This document shows positions 38,901 through 50,700 of a DNA stretch of 64,000 nucleotides, piece by piece. How positions within the stretch are numbered: the first letter of the stretch is position 1; the number at the start of each line of letters is the position of its first letter. The position numbers were made by a program, and so were the translations under genes. The notes beneath the pieces were generated by a model, which was not told where the DNA came from, did no database searches, and was given only the letters and a program-made list of their open reading frames with translations. The stretch is from Phoronis australis (taxonomy: Eukaryota > Animalia > Phoronida): assembly GCA_002633005.1 (NCBI GenBank), contig NMRA01000230.1:187453-251452 (forward strand), read 5' to 3'.

Positions 38901-40485
38901 CTTGGGCAATTTCTAACTTAGTTGTTGTTCGAACATTCCTTAAAACGTTAACAGGTACTTAACAGGTTCTACAAATATAATTTTTGTCACAATTATCCCA
39001 TTGCTTAGATTAATCTAATGAAATTTGTATTTCACGCCACTGCTCTCAGGGAAAAGCCGCTCAGCGTTATCCTGTAAATTTTATGTAACACGTGGGCCAA
39101 GGCCTTAAATGTTGAAATACATGAATTTGAAAATTATGATCCTTTTCAGAAACTGTGTGTTCTTCCTTCTTCGGACGCCATGTGGAAAGATATTCGTATG
39201 AAGCGAGAAGCGATGAGCCGTCAGTACGTTAAGTCTCAGCGTCACACCATTCAAGTGGACTACGCTCAATTCATGTGCGAATTAGCCGAGCTCATTGGTT
39301 GCCAGCCTCACCTCTGTGAGTACTTTTGAGCTTTGTTACATTTTTAGGTTTTGTTTACAATCCAGTCATATATATCAAGGGCTGTTTTGAGTGGGAGAAA
39401 TGAACCTTTATAGGTAACCAGTAAACGAGATATTCTATCATGTTTTGAACTACTAAAAGAAGTAAAATCTTCAGCCAAAATTGTACAAAACGATAATGGA
39501 TTTTTGTGCCTCTTTTATTTGTCACAGGACTTGGGAATCTTCCTCTTTTAAGAGGATTTCCTCTTTTTTGGTTTCAACTTCCTCTTGTTTGATTTCCAGT
39601 ATAATCTTCATTTTTCATCTTTTTTATCATGATTATTTTGACTTCATGCCAACAAGGTTTGTTGCTGTTAAATTTTACAGCACAAAAATATTTGTATCAC
39701 ATAGGCCTATTTATTTGTAGAATGGTACATCACCTGGAAAATTTTCCTCTTTTTTGTCATGGTGCATTCCAAGCCCTGATGTCAGTCACTGCATCTGTTT
39801 GACAGCTTTAATAAAATATGAAACTTGCTAATTTGGGAAGTTTAATCCACAGCACTGCTATTTTTTCAAATGCGTTGGGAACTCTTGTGGGCTAGTTGTC
39901 ATCTAGTAACTTCACAGATAATTTGGAAACATTATGTCAGAAAAGAACATTTGAGTGCATCAGAATTGAAAGCTTATGGTATGAGTATGACTAGGCGGCC
40001 ATAATAGAAAAATATTTGAAAATTAGCCTCAAATTACATCAAATATATATACAGATTAGTGCTAAAGATTCTCTAGGCACATATTTACCTGAGTTTACCC
40101 AAGTCACATGACTCGTCAGTGGCTTTATGTCTGTGGACTGTTTTATTCGGGTCTTGGAAAAGTATAAAACTGATTTTTCTTCTGATTGTACATCATATTA
40201 ACGCTGTTTACTGTAGCAACTTTGTGAATTGTTCCAGTCAAACTCTGGCTTACTGACCCTTCACTAGCCTGGACGATTTTGTTCGGTCCACTCACCCCGT
40301 ACCAGTTCCGACTGCACGGCCCAGGAGCATGGGCAGGGGCAAGGAAAGCTATCGAAGGCCAGATGGAGAGAACCGTTCTACCAACCAGACGAAAACCATT
40401 ACCTAAGAAGTCCTGGGCAGGTGTCATTAAAGCTCTGTTTGTAATTTGTGCTCTTTTTGTAGTATTGTTTTTGTTTTTTGGATAG
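29922..40485 (+). CDS. FMO5: Flavin-containing monooxygenase (FMO5-like, class B), 531 aa. Exons 29922-29955, 31788-31904, 33096-33205, 34440-34570, 35327-35564, 36614-37165, 37923-38088 (duplicate copy 39150-39315), 40238-40485
   Basis: FAD motif [36 protein letters not shown] motif [16 protein letters not shown] motif [26 protein letters not shown]-terminal hydrophobic anchor. Exons sum to 1596 nt. Orthology to FMO5 specifically is not established. Confidence 0.92.
33228..33630. repeat. Degenerate about 13-bp minisatellite (taaagtacagtac)n in FMO intron 3
   Basis: Read directly from the sequence. Confidence 0.85.
34060..34125. repeat. 20-bp tandem repeat x3
   Basis: ggaccagctgatcaataatt units. 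Confidence 0.8.
37031..39449. repeat. About 1.2-kb tandem duplication joined by a single N (38223), probably an allelic overlap from assembly
   Basis: 37031-38222 is nearly identical to 38224-39449, with SNPs and small indels. The second copy starts mid-exon directly after the N. Confidence 0.9.
39525..39778. mobile_element. MITE family B copy
   Basis: caggacttgggaat...attccaagccctg. Internal similarity to 16888-17108. Flanks ttgtca/atgtca. Confidence 0.7.
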
Positions 40486-41265
40486 ATAATGTGAAATTAG
40501 CTTCAGCGCATTGGTATGTGCGGGCGCTTTTTGTGAAGAAATTTAAGAAATAAAATACCGCTTTTCTGCCATATTGTGTGTTAAATAAATGAACACTACC
40601 TCTATGATATCTTTATGCTAAATGTGATTTTGTGGCAATAAGACATATTATAAGAATTAAAAATTAACCAAAATATCAAAGAAATCGATTACTGTTTCGC
40701 TTTAATTATTGGCTATAAAGTATTTCACAATGAATTTCTACGTTGTTGTAGGTAATTTTATGTTCTACTACTTTAAACCAAAGACTGATGTTGTCTCAAT
40801 GTATATTTAATATTGTTGATTTTATATAAAAAGCTCAATTTATAAGATTTTGTGGCTTTCTTGTGCTTGGCATAACAAATCTTCTGTCTGTTCAGTAGTA
40901 GTTTATTTTGATAACTTTTCTGTATTCAAATTCAGCAGATTCATCAATATTTACAGATCTAAGTGCTTAAATTATTTAGTTAAAGGGGCCTGTCACAACA
41001 TTCCAAGTCAGTGTGTACTTTATGCCTGGCGCACAGTAATGCAATAAAGGGTGCCAACTGGATGTACTGTCCAAGTGTTTAAGTCCAGATTCAATACAAA
41101 AGGGTGCTTCTCTCATTTCTACAAAACAGCACCTTTTGTGGTTCAATGTTTCTGTTTGGTTTAGCCCCTACCTTCGTTGAAACATTTTGTTATTGAATGA
41201 AACGCAGGTGATATAGTAAGCGTTAGCTTCGCTTATGTACAGTTGTGTCATCCATGTAAGGCACC

Positions 41266-41428
41266 TCATGGCCATGCTAGATACAGTTGTAGTGTCATGC
41301 ATGCAAGACACCCCATGGCCATGCTGGATACAGTTGTAGTGTCATGCATGCAAGACACCCCATGGCCATGCTAGATACAGTTGTAGTGTCATGCATGCAA
41401 GACACCCCATGGCCATGCTGGATACTGT
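41266..41428. repeat. 47-bp minisatellite x about 3.4
   Basis: ccatggccatgctagatacagttgtagtgtcatgcatgcaagacacc units. Confidence 0.9.
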
Positions 41429-42132
41429 TCTTGAATTGTTCACGAAATGTTGATAATCACTGACAAATGTTATATTAATCCAATTTTATTTTCTTTTAAG
41501 ACACTTTAAAACATTTAGTAGTTTTGTTTTCTTAATATGCAATTTCCAGAGCTTCTAAGACATGGGGGTTGCTGAGGTTTCACTTTGTTACTAAGATATC
41601 TGATATAATTTTGTTACTATTTTTAAATTAAATTATTGTATTTTTGATCTCAATATGGTGCCATTAATATGAGCTTGTCTAAAGCTATGTTGCCATGGGC
41701 AACATCATGGACTGACACTGTTGGTTGTCCATGATTCTCGAGTGTAATGTAATAGAATGATGTCTTTATCTTAAAGGTCAATTCCGGCTGCTGTTTAGCT
41801 GTGGGTGTTGATTGTTAACCAAAACCCTTTGGAGGTTTAAAACATTACCATGCCTATCCAGTCTTGAATAAGTCACAGGCTATGCCCAAATGCATCGTTT
41901 TCGATTTTGTAATTTTCTGGAGTCACTGATCCTAAGGGACTCAAGTTCTTTCACAGTCAGGAGTATTGCACAAACATGATTGGCTCTATTCATTTTTCAT
42001 TCTTGTCAGTTAGGTACTGAGGAAACGCAACTTTAAATGGACAATCTCTCCTTCTTCACTTCATAAAACATAAGATAAGCAGGTTAGTACATGTTTATCT
42101 ACACATTATGTATCTCAAACTTGTCTATGTAT

Positions 42133-43095
42133 TTATAAAATGATTTCCATCCTCAAACAGAGCTTTCTATTAATGACAGATTGGACAACCCTTCCAAGAT
42201 TTGGTTTGATTGATACGTTGGGTGTTTCCTCGTTTCCTTTTGATGACAGAAATCGAGGCAGAAATAACCATGGGGGGGATTCTAAATCGTGTCTTTCGTG
42301 ATTTCCACCATTTAAAGCAATGCTCTAATAAGTTTTCTGAAAATTGTCATTCATGAGCTAAATATATTTATGGTATTTACAACGCTAATTTTCTTGGGGT
42401 CGCATTACTCGCTTTTAAAACAACAATAAACTCACCTTCCACAATAGAAACCAACCCTTTTATCATTATGAAATTATTCTCAGACTGTTTATTAGTCAAA
42501 TTTGAAATTATTGCAGACCTTCGAAGGAACTGACGTCATTGCTGTAGTTGAGGTCATGCTCTACAAAATGACGTGTCACGTTTGTCATTTTATGTGCCGG
42601 GCGTGGTCTTCAAATNTTATAAAATGATTTCCATCCTCAAACAGAGCTTTCTATTAATGACAGATTGGACAACCCTTCCAAGATTTGGTTTGATTGATAC
42701 GTTGGGTGTTTCCTCGTTTCCTTTTGATGACAGAAATCGAGGCAGAAATAACCATGGGGGGAATTCTAAATCGTGTCTTTCGTGATTTCCACCATTTAAA
42801 GCAATGCTGTAATATGTTTTCTGAAAATTGCCATTGAGCTAAATATATTTATGGTATTTACAACGCTAATTTTCTTGGGGTCGCATTACTCGCTTTTAAA
42901 ACAACAATAAACTCACCTTCCACAATAGAAACCAACCCTTTCATCATTATGAAATTATTCTCAGACTGTTTATTAGTCAAATTGGAAATTATTGCAGACC
43001 TTCGAGGGAACTGACGTCATTGCTGTAGTTGAGGTCATGCTCTACAAAATGACGTGTCACGTTTGTCATTTTATGTGCCGGGCGTGGTCTTCAAT
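42133..43095. repeat. About 480-bp tandem duplication joined by N (42616), probably an assembly artefact
   Basis: 42133-42615 is nearly identical to 42617-43095. Confidence 0.9.
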
Positions 43096-45399
43096 TAATG
43101 TAAGGAACTATCTGATCCTTGCAAACCGAGAAATTACTTCTCATGAGAGTAGGGAACACATTGAAAGCAAATTACCACTGTATAAGTGGTTCATAGTACA
43201 GTCGGGTTTCACAGTACAGTCGCTGTAATGGGGGAACGTGATAGGTTGGAAACGGTAGTAGTAGCCACAACCATATTGAAAACTACCCAAACATGGCCAA
43301 CATGACAACGTTAGATTCTAAGCTTTATCCACTATTATCCAAAACGTTATTACGGTTTGTTTTTTAATGATCTACTTTTGCAAGAGTATTACAGAACTTT
43401 TACGAATTATCAAAGTACGTTGCATAAAACGATGAAAAATCACTTCATTCGTTAAACTTTGTTTTTCAAAACAACATCTTTTTTATTAGACTCAGCCTGT
43501 TCCGCAAGTGTTATTCGTTAGCCGTGCGACATTTACACGGCGCGAACCGGCGATTAGCTCAAATTTCGTAAACACTGAGCTCGTGAAATAAGCTATAACT
43601 CTATAAGTGTCACTCGGGCCTCCCCTGGTCTGCCAGAAATTTAACAATATGTCGCAACTGCGTTTTGCTGTCAGAGCGCATCAAATTAAAAAAAAAAAAC
43701 ACTTTCGTTTCGTTTATTCCTAAATTTGACTTGCTATCGCAGATTTTCATTAGAAGTTCTCGTAAGGAATGAATTTTAGTCATGTACAATATTTTCGACA
43801 CATAATTATACTCGTTGATCTTGACAGATTCCCAGTCTGTCCTCCAATCTCAACAGATAACTTGAACTTCGAAACGTGTTCACTCCTTTCAAATACTGAT
43901 TCTTGATCATAGGTGCCGTCTGTTCAACAGTTTGCACGTACACTACCGCCAAGTCAGCGTTTGCCAATGTCACTGCACAACGTACGCTGTTTTGATAACG
44001 TCCAGAAAAGAAATTTATATTTTCCACCCCTTGGTTGTACCAAATTTCCGACAACAAAGCCGTAAGCAAATGGCACTGCTTGACATTTGAACTGAATCCA
44101 GCAGTCTTAATTGTTACTCGTCTGTCGTGTCGTGTTGAAGCTTGTAGCAGTGTTATGTATCTGGCTTCGTCTTTAGATATCAATTTTAACCGCAGTTACC
44201 TGTAGACACTCAGCCTCTGGGAATCGGCCGGGTGTTGTGCGTCTTCCCAATTCCTCCGGCTTTGTGACATTTGGCGTATATCTTTTAGTTTTCCGAAGAC
44301 TAAGAAACTGATTTGAACAGTTTCTATATAGATTTATAAATCTTTGCCATGATGAAATCTCAAGATCTCGGGACCATGAGGATTGGGACAATTTTCTTGT
44401 CGGGAAGATAAGCACATTTACAGGTGCATGTCTTTTCGAGCTTTAATGTCGGTTTCAAAATGGCTTTAAACGTTCGACAATTAAGCAAGTATCCAAACGC
44501 CGTTGTCCAAACAACTTTATAGTACAAGTCAATCTGATTATAATTATTTGTATTCTTAAGTCGTATTTATCAGGACACCGTTCAGATATCACTTCAGTAC
44601 CCTCACGAGGTAACCCGTTAAACACCAATATTTTTCCTGGTGAATGTGAATTCATAAATTTTCCATGTTTACAATATTCCTTTGCAATGATACCTCATGG
44701 GCGCACCCAGGCTGGCTCGTTCAAGCTTACATACCTCCTAAAATTTTATACATCATGTTTGGAGTTTTTAAATTTAAAGGTTGGGATTCAACCTGCAGTA
44801 CGAGCTTGTTCACCTCAATTACGCGTGCCATCGAGTTCTATAGCTCAAAATACTGAATTTATCAATGGCGTTTTTTCAGTGGTCGGTTCTGTGCACATTA
44901 AAGTTCAACTGAAGCGGAGAAATTGAAATGTTTTCAACACCGACGGCGCTTGGCTGGGACAGTGAAAATATCATTTTTATGTAGCCGATGGCGGGAAAAA
45001 ACACTGCCACATCACCGGCCGCTGGGACCAGCATTCAGTTATGAGCAAATTATTTTGAGAAAATGCTGTCGCGTAACTCAATGATTACAAATCAATATTT
45101 AACGAAATAAAATTGACACGGGTTTTGTATAAATCTTTCTCACGTTTCTACTTTCGGCCTCCTGCCGGCGCCAGATTAGTGCAGGCATAACGGCGTTTCC
45201 CCGTTCAGGGACTTTACTAGACGTAGGGACCGGGTTGTGAGCGCTTTGGTAACATATCTAGCTCATTCTCAAGCACAGTCTCGTTTTGTCTGGTATGACA
45301 ACAGGCAGGCCAATTATCTACCAGCCTTATTACAGACCACGTAAAAAGGTCATTTTTACGAACAGTCGAACCCAGAGCGAATTGGTACCCCNGGAATTA

Positions 45400-45505
45400 A
45401 TCAGTCGTGTAAGATATTGGCTACAGGGGTCATCTTCCCAACTTGTTGCTGAGCTATAGAATCGAACAAGTTGGGATAAACGGGAAAACGCCGTAATGTT
45501 TCGGC
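45400..45505 (+). repeat. Dispersed repeat, second copy at about 60402-60503
   Basis: tggctacaggggt..cttcccaactt...agaatcgaacaagttggga..aacgggaaa..ccgtaatgttt appears at both sites. Confidence 0.7.
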
Positions 45506-47720
45506 GACTTCACTAACAGAAAGTTGAATGAGCTATTAATTTTGGGCCCGACGAATGATAGTTACAGTCAATTTGGATACCGTGACCCGCACTGTAGCAA
45601 AAACTGTTATTAAAGTACTGAAAATGCTCTTTATGTCCGATACTAAAAATATTTTGCTTTTTGGTCGGAAAATCAGATACCAACATGCGGTGGACCCCGC
45701 CGGAGACACGAGTAAGCAACCTGCCTAAGCTTTACATGTCGTTCCCTAGGTGGCGTTGCAAATAACAGTGCTATTACCTTTTCACACGTGTGTAACTTCT
45801 GCTTGATTACAAGAACGTTGGGTTTGTTTGATTTCTGTCCCTTTATCTGATTAATTATTCCATAGTTGTTCGGCAGTTTTGTACATCCTTTTTAATGTCT
45901 GTTTTGCAATGTCTGAAACAAGCCACTGTGGAAAAGTATGACATTTTTACCTAAAATTTTCCGCTTGATCAGTGTCACTGAACAGTGTGGTTGACGTGGT
46001 TGACCAGCGCCAACGGCAACGTCATGACGTATTGCAGCGCTCGAGTTGGCGACCTGCAGGTCGCCAATACGACCTCAGAATGTGTTTGGCGACTTCGAAA
46101 AAATGTTAAGTCGCCACCAAGTTGCCACTGCGAGTATCAAAGTCCAACAATAATTCCCCCTAAATCCGTTTCAAACTTTCAAAGTTCGTGTACTGTTGAC
46201 TTATAAACTTTAAATAATAATTAACAGTAACACTGTCAAGTTTTCATAGATTCATGACCGTTGATTCACCACTGCTCCATTTATTTCATAAAATCGGTGT
46301 ATTTGCCATCACAGCAGTCAACACACATCAACCACATGCGTAAATAACAACAAGCGGAATTGTTCGGTGAAAATCTGGCAAGATCGGCGAAATACGCGCC
46401 ACCAGGGTACTGTGACCGTCGGAAATAGATGTGCCAGAAGTCTGGCAATTAAGTTTCGTAATCTTACCAATAGGTGACCCTCGTGTAGATCATTGTGGAA
46501 TTACTGTTGCTTGACCTACGATTGGGTCATTCATTGTCTGACCCCACTTGAAGTCAAACAGCTGGTAGCGAGATTGCGTACCTCGCCCGACGTGCCACAC
46601 ATCTAGATTACTCTGAAATGACGTGTGCATTACTCCCTTTTTTACTTATAAGGTGTATTACATATTGAAATAAGATGCCATGGTCACGGGCCTCAGAATC
46701 TCCCAATGACTCACATACCCATAAAAAACATGAAGGTACACAAAAAATGCTGTTGAGTCTGATGTCCAAACTTCAGTTTTCTCAAATGCAAATGAATTAT
46801 GCGTGCACCGGTGTAGATGTACACAAAAGCCTGGCAACAAAATTTCAAGAACAACTTCAAAATTCTGTTCAAGGCCACTTTTTTCTGTTGCGGTAGATGC
46901 AAGTTTTGCTTCAACTTTGTTTCATATGTGCACCATATGTTTTTTTCGTGGGAAAATTGATTTCTGGCATATATTGCCAGAAACTCAGACAGTGTGATTG
47001 AAATCAACCTATTACAAGTGCGGACGTTTCTGCTGGAAAGCTAAGGGGAGATTTCATTTTTGTGTTTAGGCACAAGTGTATATGTAACACTGTTCGATTA
47101 AAATATTTACTTGTGCGAGGAAAGAGTTTTTTTGACTTTCTTAATTGCTTTATCAGCGTCTGCCAAAAAACCCCTTGTACATTTATACAGAGGTCTGCCA
47201 TGACGTAACAAATTAACTTCAATGATTTTGTGAGTTAGCTGTTTCCTTTGAGATTTTTGTCACCAAATCACAACTCAAAAGCAAATTGGTGTCCAACCAT
47301 AATGTTTTGATATTATTACCCTGTAGTGGTGTTCGTGATGGATAGGAAGGACTGCCTCGCGATGAGAAAACCCCCCATGCTCTCAATGTTATTGAAAATA
47401 CTCACCAATATCTCGCATTGACTCACAAAGTCCAGCGAGGTCCTAGATTTTTAGAGATTCTAGAGCCTGTGGTCTATGTAATCAAGACATGGCCATAGAC
47501 AGTCTGTAGTGCCCACCTGTTGTGCTAACCCCCTCTCATTTGACTTCAACCCTCATGTCTTTGAAAAAAACAAGATATACCCGGTATGTGATTTTTGTAT
47601 TTTCAAGCTTTTAGTTGACAGTGTGGGGAAACATTGGCATGCTGATTTTGTTTGTCAAATTTTTGCTTTAATATATATTTTACATTTCATTTAAAGATCA
47701 GAAGTCAGGTCATACAGACC

Positions 47721-50700
47721 ATGGCAAGACTACATGCGTTACTGATCCCGCTATGGGCTGTGATAGGACTTGAGGCAATAGCCATTGATCCAAAGGGTTA
47801 CCTTGTATATTGCCCGTGTATGGGTAAGTCAAAAGTCTACGTAACAAAATTGTCTGTAGTTCTAGCCTGTTAACCCCAAATCTTCCTGAAAATCCATTGC
47901 ACTGTGGAGGACCCTAACCTGTGAAGTGATGTCATGATCAGCAGTCAACAAGCCGAAGTCTTTTGGACACCATTTAAAGTTATTAACAGCTTATTATTCA
48001 AATTTTTGCCTCTGTCATTTTAATAAGAATAAGTCATTTTAAATAATAAGCTGTTTATTGTGATTTCAGCTCACAGATTTTTCAGAATAGAAGATCCAGC
48101 TGTACTAAATTTTTGATGAAAACATTACATAATGTTATTTTCTAGAAATTTTAGCTTTTGAGGTTTTTGTATATTAGGCCCGACCACTGACGCTATGATC
48201 AGATAAGATCTGGCTCACTAATATGTAGTCAACTCAACCGTAGATCAGCTTTGGACTTTTGATGTGTCATACCACTTTCCTAGGGCTCTTGGGGATACAT
48301 AGTTATCCTGACTTCTTTAGGAGTCTGCAAAATATGGAACTGAAGACTTTTATTAATGAGCCTGCTGGGTAGCTGTCTATGACTACTTCAAAACACACGG
48401 GAAATATTTAAACTCAAACATGATTTAATAAAGACATGACCAGACAGGTTATATAAGGTTGTCCAATAATGACTCAGTTACCCTCATTCATCTTTCTGTT
48501 GATGAGTCGTGTGATTTTGGACAGTGTTCAAGAGGATTTAGACTTAAAGCTAGCACAGTTTGTACCTCGATTCTGGGTTGAAAATTCAAAATGTCATTTT
48601 ATACAGATTTGACAAACACAGCTACGTGCATCGGGTTGGTTTTCAAATTAATGACTTATGAATCAACTCTCAAGACAATGAAACCTAAGGCTAAACAAAC
48701 ACAATCTGTTGGATATCATTTACTCACCTCACTCTCCCTCTTCATGTGTTACAGTGTATGTTGCTCAATAGTTAAACGGATACCAAACTAGGCTTGGCCT
48801 ATCAATGGATACTAAAATCAACTTTCTCGGAAACAAAATAATGCTCTGTAACCCTTGACAACCGTTAAACGTTTGGAGGCAAATTTGAAAACTCCTTTCA
48901 AAGTCCACTAAATGGGCAACCGTGACGTATGCTTATAGCGAATTACAGGGGAACTGTGGGAAAATACCACCCACCACAGACCATAGTGTCCAAATACGAC
49001 CCACCACAGACCATACTGTCCAAATACCAGCCACCACAGACCATAGTGTCCAAATACGACCCACCACAGACCATAGTGTCCAAATACCACCCACCACAGA
49101 CCATAGTGTCCAAATACGACCCACCACAGACCATAGTGTCCAAATACGACCCACCACAGACCATACTGTCCAAATACGACCCACCACAGACCATAGTGTC
49201 CAAATACCAGCCACCACAGACCATAGTGTCCAAATACCAGCCACCACAGACCATACTGTCCAAATACGACCCACCACAGACCATAGTGTCCAAATACGAC
49301 CCACCACAGTCCATACTGTCCAAATACGACCCACCACAGACCATACTGTCCAAATACCACCCACCACAGACCATGCTGTCCAATCTGTGACATTGGGAGT
49401 ATGAGGTTTTTAGTTGATTCCTGTCTTTAACATGGAAGAGTGACGCCAATGATACACTAGCAGGTGACACAACGTGGATTGGTGGAAATCATCAAAACAG
49501 GGTTAGGATCCAGGGCTTGGAATTTTCCGCGGAAACGCGGATTTCCGCTTTTTTCAAATGTTCTGTCCGTGCATTTTATTATATTTCCGCGTAAAAAAAA
49601 TCGGTTTTGATATAAAATTTCCGCAGCAAATTCCTTTCTTACCGCGGCGTTGCTGACGACGTTCACCTCGAAAAGCGGAAGTTGGTCTGTATGTTTCGGA
49701 GGAACGTAAATTGTCAACATTGCCGGGGCATCTGGGATATCGTGGTGGGATTTTCAATGGCGTTTCGTGTGATTGTAAACCGCGGTGAAAAATACTATGG
49801 CTCTGCAGCCAAAAATGTGTGGGGGTGGGAGTGGAGGAGTGGATGGACGAGATAAAAAGACGCAGACGCATGCTACTGATGGTGCTAACGTTTTTTTTTT
49901 TTAGTGCTACCGATTTTTGTCGGCAAAAGGTTCACATTGACTATTTCAAGGCTGGGTAGCGTGCATGTTTTGGGCCGTAAAAATCTCCGCGTTTTTTGTC
50001 ATTGGTCATTCCAAGCCCTGAGTATCCTTTTATTATTCTAATTTCAGGTCGTTTTGGTAACCAAGCTGACCACTTCCTGGGCTCGCTACAATTTGCTCGC
50101 GTACTGGACCGTACCTTAATCTTGCCGCCATGGGTTGAATATCCAAGCCATAAGATTGGGGGATCTGTAAGCGATTTTTGAAATTTATACTGGATCTTAG
50201 ACTTTTAAGTTTCAGTCACTAAAATGGTCATTATTCAAAGGTTTGTGTTTTATATTTTCCCAAAAAAGATTTTTTAAATTTATTTTTTGTATTACCTTTT
50301 TCTGCCACATTGTGTCTGCCTGATTTTTAAATTTTTTAAAATCTATTGTAAACAAGAGATAAATATTTATATATCAACACAAGATCTGAAGAATTTTTAC
50401 CTTAATATATACAATGTGATGGTTCTGGTGAAATGACATGTGGATTGGAACTTCCTGTGTGTGCAGCAATGCTCGGAGCTTTTAAAAACACCTATTTCCT
50501 CATTCCACGTATTTCTTTGCTCTTACAGGATCAAATTCCATTCGACCGCTACTTTCAAGTGCAAGCTCTGTCGAAGTTACACCGTGTTATTACCATGGAG
50601 AAGTTTATGAACGAACTTGCCCCCAAAGTGTGGCCGCCTGGCAAACGAATCGGTACGCCTTGTTCTAACTTATGACTGGTTGTAGTTAAAAATAGAAATT

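Noticed and set aside
48908-49470. Five long repetitive ORFs (e.g. [10 protein letters not shown] repeats) suggesting a structural protein or CRISPR-like array
   Set aside because: Pure 30-bp tandem repeat with no unique spacers, open in most frames because the unit is a multiple of 3, and located in POFUT1 intron 1.
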